Positions 12,851 through 23,753 of a stretch of DNA of 64,000 nucleotides are shown here, piece after piece. The translations under genes and the position numbers were made by a program. Numbering within the stretch: the stretch's first letter is position 1; the number at the start of each line of letters is the position of its first letter. The stretch comes from Gracilinanus agilis. Lineage: Eukaryota. Location: contig NC_058132.1 in the NCBI RefSeq assembly GCF_016433145.1, forward strand, positions 87,133,860-87,197,859. The letters run 5' to 3'. The notes under the pieces are model-generated. The model searched no databases. It saw only the letters and a list, made by a program, of their open reading frames with translations, and was not told where the DNA came from.

Positions 12851-13353
12851 GATGTTTGTTTTGGGAAGTATAAGAGATGAGATGAAAAATTATTATACGA
12901 TGGGTATGTGATTTGGGATTTAGGCTTTAAAAAATCGCTCTCTAGCAAAAATGAATAATATGGAAATAGGTATCAAGTGATAACATCTGTACAACCCCGT
13001 AGAATTGCTTGTCCCCTCTGGGAGGGAGGAAGAAAGGAGGGAAAGAATGAATCATACAAACTTGGAAAAATATTTAAAAATAAAAATTTTTTTAATTATA
13101 AAATAAGATTGGAAATTAAAGTTGTGCTCATATTATGAAGGGCCCTGAATGCCAAGCCAAGACATTTGTATTATTGTTATTGTTGGGTTTTTGTTTTTTT
13201 TTTTAAGGAGGGTGGTTAGGCAGTTGTGAGCCATTGAATTTTTTGAGCAGAGGACTGATATGAGCAGAACTCTGCCTAAGAAGTATTCATCTGGCCACAA
13301 TTTTGATGGTGGAATAAAACTGGAAAAATACAGATACAAAAAATCCAGAGGCT

Positions 13354-13545
13354 GGGCAGCTGGGTAGCTCAGTGGATTGAGAGCCAGGCCTAGAGACAGG
13401 AGGTCCTAGGTTCAAACCCGGCCTCAGACACTTCCCAGCTGTGTGACCCTGGGCAAGTCACTTGACCCCCATTGCCTACCCTTACCAATCTTCCACCTAT
13501 AAGTCAATACACAGAAGTTAAGGGTTTAAAATTTAAAAAAAAAAA
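13354..13545 (+). mobile_element. Young SINE1_Mdo-type CORE-SINE with TSD
   Basis: Head GGGCAGCTGGGTAGCTCAGTGG, CORE block GTGTGACCCTGGGCAAGTCACTT, A-tail; direct repeat AAATCCAGAGGCT on both sides. Confidence 0.9.
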
Positions 13546-14460
13546 AAATCCAGAGGCTCTTATAACAGTATAAGGCAAATGGTATTGAAAATCTGAATTT
13601 TCCAAATTTCCCAGAAAAATCTGGGAGTCTCAATGAAAGGATAGAATATATGCCTAAGAGACCTGAGTTCCACAAAGAAACTCCATGCCTTACAATAGTC
13701 TTGCATTCTTAAAATCTATTCCTGCAGAACAAAATTTACATATGTCCTCCTAAGTGAGGAGAGATTCCAAAACCACTCCAGTGATGGTCTGTGAGCTTTT
13801 TCCAGAATCAGTCTAGTTCACTATTTGAGAAGCTTAGCACAAGGCACTGGGCTATCAGGTGATGAGGAGAAGGAAAAATAATTCTTCTTAGCATTCTTCT
13901 CAGATTCTAGGCTGTGGCATAAAAGAGCCACCATCTACTCTAGTGCTTAGTCATTTTAATGAATTTGCAAATCCTTGACCTAGTGCAGAATTGAGAAGAC
14001 TGGAAGTAGAAGGTGAAAAAGAAACAAGAGTCAGAAATACTTTTTTTCCAAATGACTAGGCTTCAGGAATAATAAAAATAAGCTCTTTAATTGTCCAAGA
14101 TAAACTCCCTAAAGTTGGAGTAGACAAAGGCCAGAGGAACCTTCCTCTCCTGTTATTCTCTGGCAGGATTGGCTCACCTGTGCTGGGGGCAATAGAGAGG
14201 GAAGATAACTTTGTAATGTTCTGTTCTCCTAAATCTTCCTCATTCTTGTTTGTTCTGTTCTAGCCAAAATCACAGCAAAATTTTCTACTAACCTGTGATA
14301 GCCTTCACATGACAGGGTTGATTGTGCCTTTTATGATGGCAGAGGAAGATGCAACAGAATCAACACTTTTCCCAACCCCATCATGTAATGACTTCAACAA
14401 ACCTATATAAACAGACCATAATCGAATGAGATAGAAACTCAAGCTCAGAAATCAACTCAC

Positions 14461-14800
14461 CCTGAAAGTATCAGGATAAAATCGAAGTCGCTGGCACATG
14501 CCCAGGGCATAGACTTGAGTCAGGGCTATGAGATGCTCCAAGACTAAAGAAGGGGAAAAAAAAAATCCCTTACCTAGAGGTGTCCCCAGCCTGTGGGGAC
14601 ACCAATTCTCAGGGGAAACAAATCGTTTATTCCAGGTTTCCTCACTACCCCAAAGGAAAGCAATGTCCCAACTGCTATTTTTTTTCCTAAAGGGAGGGGG
14701 AAAAAAGGCAGCATTGATATGGCCAATCTCTATGGGCTCACCTAGGGTCAAATGTGTTTTTCCCAGGGTATCTCCATGACTCAGTTGTTCCTTGGTATTC
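14461..14800 (-). promoter_or_regulatory. Putative promoter and 5' non-coding exons of the OR52N2-like gene
   Basis: Minus-strand donors AG|GTGAGC (intron starts 14741) and G|GTGAGT (14460); pyrimidine-rich acceptor at 14544-14545; O/E(EBF)-like TCTCAGGGGA at 14607-14616 plus related CCCAGGG sites. A matching acceptor (tttccatttgtag) lies at 9217-9218, just upstream of the CDS. Inferred from motifs only. Confidence 0.4.
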
Positions 14801-17800
14801 CTATTGGGTCAAGAACCAAGAGGGATTTGGGGTCAGAATCTATTTCAAAATCTAAGAAAAAAAATTTTTCATAAGCAATGATTAGGATTGTGGTTTCTCT
14901 TCTGTCTTCCCATAGCAGCAATAATGATCATAGTGGGTATATGGATAGAAAAAAGGAGTACTCTGATACCTCACATTATATTATTGAGTCCTCACACCAA
15001 AGTTGTCAGATAGAGGAGATGAATCATACAATTTATTCGATAAATGAGGAAAGTGATGATGAGAAAAATAAGACAGAATATAAGGGTTTAAAAGAAAAAG
15101 AAAAGTTTAGTGAATTGCTTGATAGGTATAAATGGGAGCTGAGATGGAACCCATTTCATTCTTTAAAAGATGGAAGAAATAGCAGAGAAAATTGTTATTT
15201 TGATAATGATTTTGACCTTAAAGGAGGATCATATAATCCATGCTCTAGATATGGAAGAACCATCACCTTACCCAATACTCTGGGTTATAAAGAAGATATA
15301 TATAAAAATATACATATATAAGATATATATTTTTTAATACTATGAACTTCTGGTGTATATGTTTTTTTTAAAGTATGTGTGTCTACTTATATGTGTATGA
15401 CATACATATATGCATATTTCTTAATCCTAGCTTTAATTATCTTCATATATAGAATATATTTATATATAGTACATGTATGTGCATTTCTATGTCTGTTTAT
15501 ACACATACCTATGTATCATGTATGTACAATGTTCTCCTGGTTCTGCTCACTTCACTTTGCATCAGTTTATAATAGGTCTTTCTATTGAGCTGAACATATA
15601 TGTGTCTGCATGTATTTGTATACAATATAAAATTTGTGTGTGATATTATTATATATTTATGTATGTGTATCTATATATCTTAACCTCATAGTAAAAAAAA
15701 AAAGACTTTCCTTTACTTTTTTTTCTTCCATGGCTTTTTAAAATGTTTTACTGATGCTCTTTTTAAATGTCTTTTGTATTTCACGGAACTCAAGTCCTTT
15801 AGAGGTAATCCTATAAGTCAGCAATCCTGGTACTATAGTGCAGAATCTTCCTTTTGTAAATGCTTCTCAATAGCAATCAAATGGGGTGTACAGCTAGCTA
15901 TCAGGAAGGTATTTACCCAAGACTGCATGATAAGAACATTAGCCAAAATATATCTTCCATAAGCTTGGAATTCATTGTTCCAGAATTGTACACAGTACCT
16001 ATGGGAAAGGTGAGCAAAAACAATATATAGTCACTGAGTGAGATAGTCTTTCCTTATTTGAGCTGAGATTTTTATTTTGTTTTTTAATATTTTATTTTTC
16101 AATTACATGAAAAAAAAACATTTTAACCTTTTTTTTTTAAGTTTAAGCCAAATTCTCCCCCTTCCTCCCTCCCCTCCCATCTCCCTGAGATAGCAAGCAA
16201 GCTGATATAGATTTTGAATGTATAATAGCATAAAATATCTTTCCATATAAGTCATTTTCTGAAAGGGAATTCAAGCAAACAAAAGAAAATTGAAGAAATA
16301 AAGTGAAATAGAGTATGTTTGGATTTGCATTCAGACTCTATCACTTCTTTCTCTGGAAGCAAATAGTATTTTCATCATGAGACCTCGATGATTTTCTTGG
16401 ATCGTTGTATTGCTAAGAATAGTTGTCCTTCATAAATGTTCACCATAAAATCCTGCCATTTCTTCGTACAATGTTCTCCTGGTTCTGCTCACTTCACTTT
16501 GCATCAATTCATATAGTCTTTCCATTGAGCTGAGATTTAATTGCATTACCCCAGATCCTTCTGTATTTTTTCACTTAAACAAAATTTGAACCACTTCTTC
16601 AATTACTATTTTTGCTCTTTGATTTCTTTGTTTTTTAAACCCTCACCTTCCATCTTGGAGTCAATACTATATGTTGGCTCTAAGGCAGAAGAGTGGTAAG
16701 GGTAGGCATTGGGGGTCAAGTGACTTGCCCAGGGTCACACAGCTGGGAAGTGTCTGAGGCCAGATTTGAACCCAGGACCTCCCGTCTCTAGGCCTGGCTC
16801 TCAATCCACTGAGCCACCCAGCTTCCCCCCTACCTGTTCCTTGATTTCTTGCTATTGATGAATATATTTTGCTTACTAAACATATGGAGAAACAGGAGCT
16901 AAACATACTCAGATTAAGCTAATGCAATCCTCCTGATCATGATTAGGACTATTATGTCACAGAGAAACCAGAAAAAGTATTTTGAATTCTTTTGTTTTTA
17001 ATTTAATCCACAAAAGGGAATTGTAATCCTAGTCTGCAAATATCTTTATGTATAATAAAGTGTTGTAACTCTAAACCAAAACACCTCTCTTTAAGGGAGG
17101 AGGAAAAAGTGCTTTCTCAAAAAAAGTAAATAAATAAAAGGGGGAGGCAGGGTGTGGCACAGCTAGGTGGCTCAGTAGACAGAGCCCAGGGGCCCAGAGT
17201 TGTGAGGTTCTGGATTCAAATCTAGTCTCAGATACTTTCTCCTTTTGTGTCCCTGAACAATTTCACTTAACCTCATTTGCTGAATCCTTGCTCTTCTGCC
17301 TTAGAGTTGTCACTAAGGCAAAGTAAGGATTAAAAAAAGAAAAGTGTTTTCTCAGTCACAATCATCCTATTCCCTTCAAACGCAGAAACTGCAGTCTCCT
17401 TTGCAGATGTGGAACAAGACATTCTAGATCCCAGATCTATCCATAATCTGTGCTAAGGTCACACCAGATCCTTGTGAACTAGTTCACACTTATGGACTCT
17501 GAAAAGGAGCTGTTGAAAACGTTTTCTCATATCCCTTCTTTGGGGTCAAGGTTGTTCTTTGTAATGTCACAATATTCCATTTCCATTGTCTATGGTTTTT
17601 TCTTTTGTTTGTTTGTTTGTTTTTTTACCCTTGTACTTCGGTGTATTGTCTCATAGGTGGAAGATTGGTAAGGGTGGGCAATGGGGGTCAAGTGACTTGC
17701 CCAGGGTCACACAGCTGGGAAGTTGCTGAGGCCGGGTTTGAACCTAGGACCTCCTGTCTCTAGGCCTGACTCTCACTCCACTGAGCTACCCAGCTGCCCT

Positions 17801-19338
17801 ATTGTCTATGTTTTAATATTTGTGTGTTGTATTTATTGTAAATATACTGTTTTCCAGGCTTTGCATATTTCATTTTGCAGGAGTTCATGAAAATCTTTTT
17901 ACACTTCTTTATTGCTTCTCAGTTCTTACAACATTGCATTCATATTCCATAATTTGTTTGGCCAGTAAAAGTCAAATTAATCAGGGCAGTTAGGTGGTTC
18001 AGTGGATACAGAGCCAGGTCTGGAGATGGCAGGCCTTGGGTTCAAATGTGACCTCAGACATTTTCTAGCTATGTGACCCTGGGCAAGTCAGTTGAGTTTA
18101 ATTGCCCATCCCTTAGCCTCCTTCTGTCTTGGAACCAATACTTAGCACCTATTTTAAGATAGAAGGCAAAGGGTTTAAAGAAAAATGAAACCAATTACTC
18201 AATGGGCATATACTTTATTTCCAGGTCTTTCCTACCACACCAAAAAAAAAAAAAAAGTATTACAAACATTTTTGGTTTTTATGTAGTCTTTCTTTTTTTG
18301 ACAAAATCATTGGGATATATCTTATCAACAGCAGAATCTCTTATTCAAAGGAAAAGGACATTTTGGTCTCTGCAAAATTACCCATTGCTTTACAAAATAT
18401 TTCACTAATTAACAAAACAACTCTCTACTAATGAATCAGAGAGTCTATCTTCCTACAACATCCCAATATTGATCAATGATATCTTTTGACATCTGGCAAA
18501 TTTGAAAGGTGTGAGGTAAAACCTAAGGATTTTTCTGATGTACATTTATTAGTGATTGTCAGAATTCTTTCATGGAGTTGAAACATTTTGCATCTTTTCT
18601 TTTCTTTTTAAAAAAAAAAACAATTTCCTTCTATTTTAGAATCAATACTGTGTATTTATTCCAAGGCAAAAGAGTAGTAAGGGCTAGGCAATGAAGGTTA
18701 AATGTCACACAGGAAATATCTGAGGTCAGATTTAAACCCAGGACTTCTTGTGTCTAGGTCTTGCTTTCAGTCTATTAAGCCACAGAGTATGTTCCCATAT
18801 ATTTCTTTTAAGAACTGTGTGTTCATGTCTCTTGACCATCTATCTATCTGGAAGTAATCTGTTAATTATTTACATATATCAGATACCAAAATCTTATCAG
18901 AGAAATATGAGACTTAGATTTTTTTTTCCCCATTTGATCAGATTCCCTTTTTATCCTAGATACATTAATTTTATTTGTGTAGTTCTAAGATTTCCTCTCC
19001 TGAAAGTGGATGATACTTTGTGGTCCAGATCTAGGATGCTGCTTGGATTATAATCTTTTTTTTCTTCTCCAACTTCTGTCTTTATCCTGGGGACTTTTAA
19101 CTTCATATTGATACTCCCTTTAACACCCAATTTCATAGTTCTTCACCTTACTTATTTCACATGACTCCCTCTTCCACTTCACCTCAACCACACACAAAGA
19201 TACCTTACCATTAATCTTACCACTAATCACTTCTCTTACTAATCACAGTCTATTAGCATTCCACTCTTCCCTTCTCCTTAAAAACTTTGTGTTATTCTTA
19301 CCTTGGTCTCCAATCCTTTAAACTCTCAGTTCTAAAAG

Positions 19339-20030
19339 TGTTAAAATTAATGGTTTGGCTAAATATATGAAAATTATAAATCTTTTATTTATAAAAGAGG
19401 TAGAAAGAGTGAAAGTACAAAAGGGTAGGAAAGACATTAACCTATCTAACTAAATATTGTTCCAGTGCTTGGCTCAGCCAGGACTTGTTAACCTTCAGTC
19501 AGAATTAAACTCTCTCCAGAAGACAGGAAGGGAAAACCAACTATCCATTCACTCAAGGCAATGACAGGAGCTGAAGGTGACTCCTGATGCCTACTTCCTT
19601 CTTTGAGGCAACCTTCTTCTTGAAGCCAATTTCCTTTTTGGAGGGACTCTCTTCTTGGAGTTCTCTCTCTCCTCCTTGGAGTGACTCTTCTTGGAGTTTG
19701 CTCTCTCCAAGCCTCCTTCACCAGACTCCCTGCTTTTATGGTGGTTTCCTGTCTCTGCCCCTTTTCATGGGTGCCAATCACAGTTTCCAAATTGTCTGAG
19801 TTGGCACCTTTGGATTCACACCTTTCTGAGTGTGTGAACTCTTCTTCTCATCTAGCATCAAGTAAGGTGTGAACTCATTAAGTGGTTTTCAAGTTCTCCC
19901 ATCTAGTTCAAGCTTGTGTTTATTTAAAGTTATTACCAACCAAAGTGTTAACTCCAACTAGGCAAAGAGAACAAAAGATTCCCTTTTCACCAGTGTGAAC
20001 TCAAAAAAGAGCCAAGAATTCCCTTTTACA
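19339..20030 (-). mobile_element. Probable solo LTR
   Basis: Bounded by TG...CA; internal short direct repeats (cttcttggag, gtgtgaactc); minus-strand TATA-like CATAAAAG at about 19735 and AATAAA at about 19385. No clean TSD found. Confidence 0.5.
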
Positions 20031-20535
20031 GTTCTTTCCTAAGTCATTATCCCTAAACTAACTACATTCTCTTCCCTTCCCCATCTTGACCTGCTTGGTC
20101 AAGTTCAACCACATGCTTTCTGCTAATCCTTTGTTCCCTTGTCATTTTGCCAGTCTTGGACTCTCGTTCTCAGTTTTGGGTCACTCCAACCTTAACGGAC
20201 AAAAGCACTAAATCATTCTGATAAATTCCCCTTCCAACTTGTTATTTGTGTTAAAAATTATATAAAAATTAGGAGACAAAATAAATATTTAAAAATGCAA
20301 TCGATATTTGGATGTCAATATAGTGATTATGACCATTTCCCACATCTTTATGCCTTTTCACTGGTCATCCCATCATCCCTGGAATGAGTTCCCCCTTCAA
20401 CTCTTTTTTACAGAATCTCTCTCTTCCAGCTCAAAAACCACCTTCTACATAACATCTTTTCTCATCCTCTCATTACTAGTATGTTCCCTCTCAAATTAGC
20501 TTGTATTTAATATTGTTCCATCCATTTAATTTGTA

Positions 20536-21035
20536 GGGGGTATTCAGGAAAGACTAGAACCTTTAGTGTGAGGGCTTGCTGGACCCTTTTCAGGGCTGCT
20601 TTTCCTTCTCTGGTGTCCACCTGCCACCCAGCTCTTCCCTATGGCTCCAAGAAGCTATAGCATGCACAGTGGCTACATCCAGGGTGTAGCCATCTCAGCA
20701 GATGGGCTAACCCAGATTGAGGGTAGTCTACAGTCCTCCAACCCGATGGTGACTCAGAGGGAAGTCTCCCCCAAAAATGTGAAAACTTCTCCTGGTTGGA
20801 ACAATTTGTTCCAATAGACTTGGAGGCAGCTTCTGGCAAGCACTTGACATCACCAAGATGTCAAGGTCATCCATTGCATCCCCACTATCAGCAGTCACAT
20901 TGACTTTGGTCTTGCCTCTAGATTTTGATGACTGGAAGAAAAAGTTAAGACTGATGACTTTGTACAACTCTGCTTCCCTTAAATTCAATTCAGTGTAAGT
21001 CAAGACATCATTGGTCCTCTTTGAAAACTAAGGAT
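20536..21035 (+). mobile_element. RTE-related marsupial SINE/LINE fragment
   Basis: 3' end ...caagacatcattggtcctctttgaaaactaaggatgaataaca is shared with 63860-63985; the 5' part is present inverted at about 41035-41320. Confidence 0.55.
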
Positions 21036-21039
21036 GAAT

Positions 21040-21700
21040 AACATTTCATTTCCAGTAGAAAAAGCCATTCACTTTTCTAAAAAAGGGGGATGGAAAGGAT
21101 GAAAATTGATCAATTCTTCCTTCTCTCTATCATCAGTAGATTCATTGATCCATTTGCCCCAGGTGAAGTTTCTATCCATCTTTTGATCCCCATTTCTCCT
21201 GATGTATCTTAAAAAAGGGGGGGAGGGTGGCATTTTGTTGTCCTTAGCTTCCCTTGATAATTCAAGTGATTCTGAGTTTTAGCATTTTTAACACTAATTC
21301 TTATAGGACTATATCATGTTGTTATATTCATCTTCTATTTTGGGGCTGCTTCCATTTTCTATCCATAAAATAAAATTAATGTTGAGTGAGTTTCCTATGC
21401 ATCCATATTCATTTCTTTGGAGGATTCCCCATTTTTGTCCTTATCAGAATTGTTTCTCTGGATTTCGTCACCCATCTCTTCTAGAATGACATCCCCTGAA
21501 GCATCTATTCCAAGGAATATTATGTTTCTTTCCTCTGAAGCAATGGAAATCTATTTTTATGATATTCTTTTTATTTCTCCTGGATAGGATATGAATGAAG
21601 TAGTGACACTAGAATGAAGTAGTGACATTCCTCCAAAAGTTCTATCATTCTGATCCAGTAACAAGTTACTTTTTCTTAGTGATAAACCCTTGCCTTCTGT
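21040..21700 (-). mobile_element. Ancient CR1/L3-like fragment, paralogous to 45560-46520
   Basis: agtagaaaaagccattcacttttctaaaaaaggggg (21054) aligns with agtggaaaaacctttcaactttccaaaaagggg (46329), offset 25275. Confidence 0.5.
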
Positions 21701-22767
21701 CTTAGAATCAATGCTGTGTATTGGTTCCAAGGGAGAGGAACATTAAGGTCTAGACAAATGGGGTTAAGTGACTTGCCCAGGGTTGCACAGCTAAGAAATA
21801 TCAGAGTACAGATTTGAACCCAGGACCTCTAGGTCTTTAGCGCTATCTCCCAATCCACCGAGCTCCCTAGCTGTCCCTCAAAGACATTATTTTTGGTATT
21901 TGTTAGGTCTAGTCTAAGTCTGGTCAGAAATCTGATATCTATATTATAAGATGTGATCTAGAAATCCAAATTTCGTTCAGAGACAAAACCTTCTCAGCCA
22001 ACCATTCACTTCTTAGATAATAAATCAGATCAATAAAAATTCATTAAGAGCCAGCAGGGCTATTCTAAGCTTTCTTGCTGTTGCCTTTTTAGTATTGTAT
22101 CATCTCCCTGTGAGTCACTTTTGTGCTGGAGAACTTCATTTTGGGTTATAATGGTTCCTCTACAAAGATCTTCAGGTTTTTATAGGAGCTTAAACTCAAA
22201 GGGAGGGTACAGTTTTTGTTTTTGTTTTTCTTTAGCAAGCTATTCATTTAATGTTCCTATACTGTGAAGAGGCTCAGACTTAGCATCAGAGTGTTAATGA
22301 GTCAATGGATTTACTAAATATTTAATACTCAAGTAATCTGTTTTGAAAGACTATAGAACTCTGATAAAGGAATGATAAATTCTAAAAAAAGAAAGAAGAA
22401 ATTGATCCAAAATTCCATGTTTCTTTCAATGTCATAAAAGTTGAACCAAAAAATTTTAAAAAGTTATACTCTCATAAACCCCCCCAGGAAATGAATCTCT
22501 TCAAATAAACTCAGAATCAGGTCAGAGATTAAACTACATGTAGAGGATTCACAAGTTAATAAGGAGGAGGATTTCCAAGTCATCCAAGAGTCAAGGACTG
22601 GAGATTCTTCTTATCTCAGGAAAGTTTAAGGCCCAAAGTAAATTTTCACTTCTCACAGGGGTTATCCTAAAGGAAACCAGACTTTTAGATAAGCAAAATT
22701 TGCCTGAGGAGTGACTGAGTTCTAAGTAAGGAAAGAAAATGTGAAATTTCCTTCACACAGGACACCT

Positions 22768-22807
22768 TTTACCAAGAGTGTTTCCTTTGCTCCTCACAGC
22801 ACCCCCA

Positions 22808-22838
<31 letters not shown>

Positions 22839-23753
22839 ATAGGAGTTTGGGGCTCCCCCAGCTGCTCTGAGAGGGTGAGGCCCGCCCCCTCACTGGAACC
22901 TTCCCTGCCTCCCTAGTACTGTCAGGCCCCAAGAAGAAGCCCTCCCCTCCGGCTCCCACCCGCCTCTGCAATCTCCTCTGCAGGCTCTTCCAAGGTCAGA
23001 AGCCAGTCCCAGGAGGGCAGAAAGTTCCCTGGGCTGCCCTGGCTGGGGCTCGGGCCTAGGTGGAGACGCTTGCTTTGATTGTATCAAACAATCAGGAGTG
23101 ATTGTGAACCAGGCTGGCCCTCCCCCTCGCCCCCCCCCCCCATCAATCAGAGCCCTGGGCTGGAGCCTGGGTCCCGCCCTCTGCACTTGCTATAAAAGGG
23201 AGAAGCTGCCTCAGTTCAGTTGCATGAAGCCCTGGTGAGGAGTCCCAGAGGCTGCTGAGGCCTCCAGAGGAAGGAGCCCGAGTCCCAGGAAGAGGAGGAG
23301 GGCCCAGGCGGGGATCCAGGCGGCCACAGAGCCTCCAGGAAAGGTCAGCCCCTCCCCCTCCCTCTCCCCTCCTTTTCCCTGCCGCCCCTCCCCCACCCCC
23401 AGAGGCCTGTCTGTCAGCAGAGCTTGGATGGAATCTGCTGGAGTGACTCCAGTCCAGTGAGAGTGAGGGGCTGGCGGGGGTTCGAGGAGGAGGGGAGCCC
23501 CAGAGCCCCTGCTGGGGCCTCGGGACTTTCCCTGAGGCCCCTGTGGGAGGCCACTTGGAGCTTTTCCCCGAAGCCCAGGCCCTGCAGGCCCCGCAGGGAG
23601 CTCTCCCCTCCCCCTCTGGGGTTTGTCTCTCAGCATTTCAGCTCCCTGAGGGCAGGGAGGGTCCGGCCTGCTGTGGCTCTGAGGAGCTGCGTGCGGGGGC
23701 CGGCCTGGAGCTGGCCTGGGGGACGCCCCACCCGGGACCTTCCACACTGGCCC
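22768..23753 (+). promoter_or_regulatory. GC-rich promoter, exon 1 and start of intron 1 of TRIM gene A; near-identical to 48050-49040
   Basis: (GCAG)7 repeat, TGATTGTATCAAACAATCA at 23076-23094, GC box CCCGCCC at 23173-23179, TATAAAA at 23191-23197, Inr-like TCAGTT at 23211 and 23216, donor AAG|GTCAGC at 23343/23344. Confidence 0.8.
23218..23343 (+). other. Inferred non-coding exon 1 of TRIM gene A, containing a uORF (MKPW*, 23224-23238)
   Basis: Starts about 27 nt after the TATA box and ends at a GT donor; the next exon opens with GAAC then the RING start ATG. The TSS is approximate. Confidence 0.6.

Noticed and set aside
15265-15282. TLPNTL hexapeptide shared between the orphan ORF and the OR52N2-like protein
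   Set aside because: Opposite strand, different codons and no flanking similarity; most likely chance.
22700-23220. Interferon-stimulated response element in the TRIM promoter
   Set aside because: No clean GAAANNGAAA or TTTCNNTTTC match found by eye; only partial GAAA runs.
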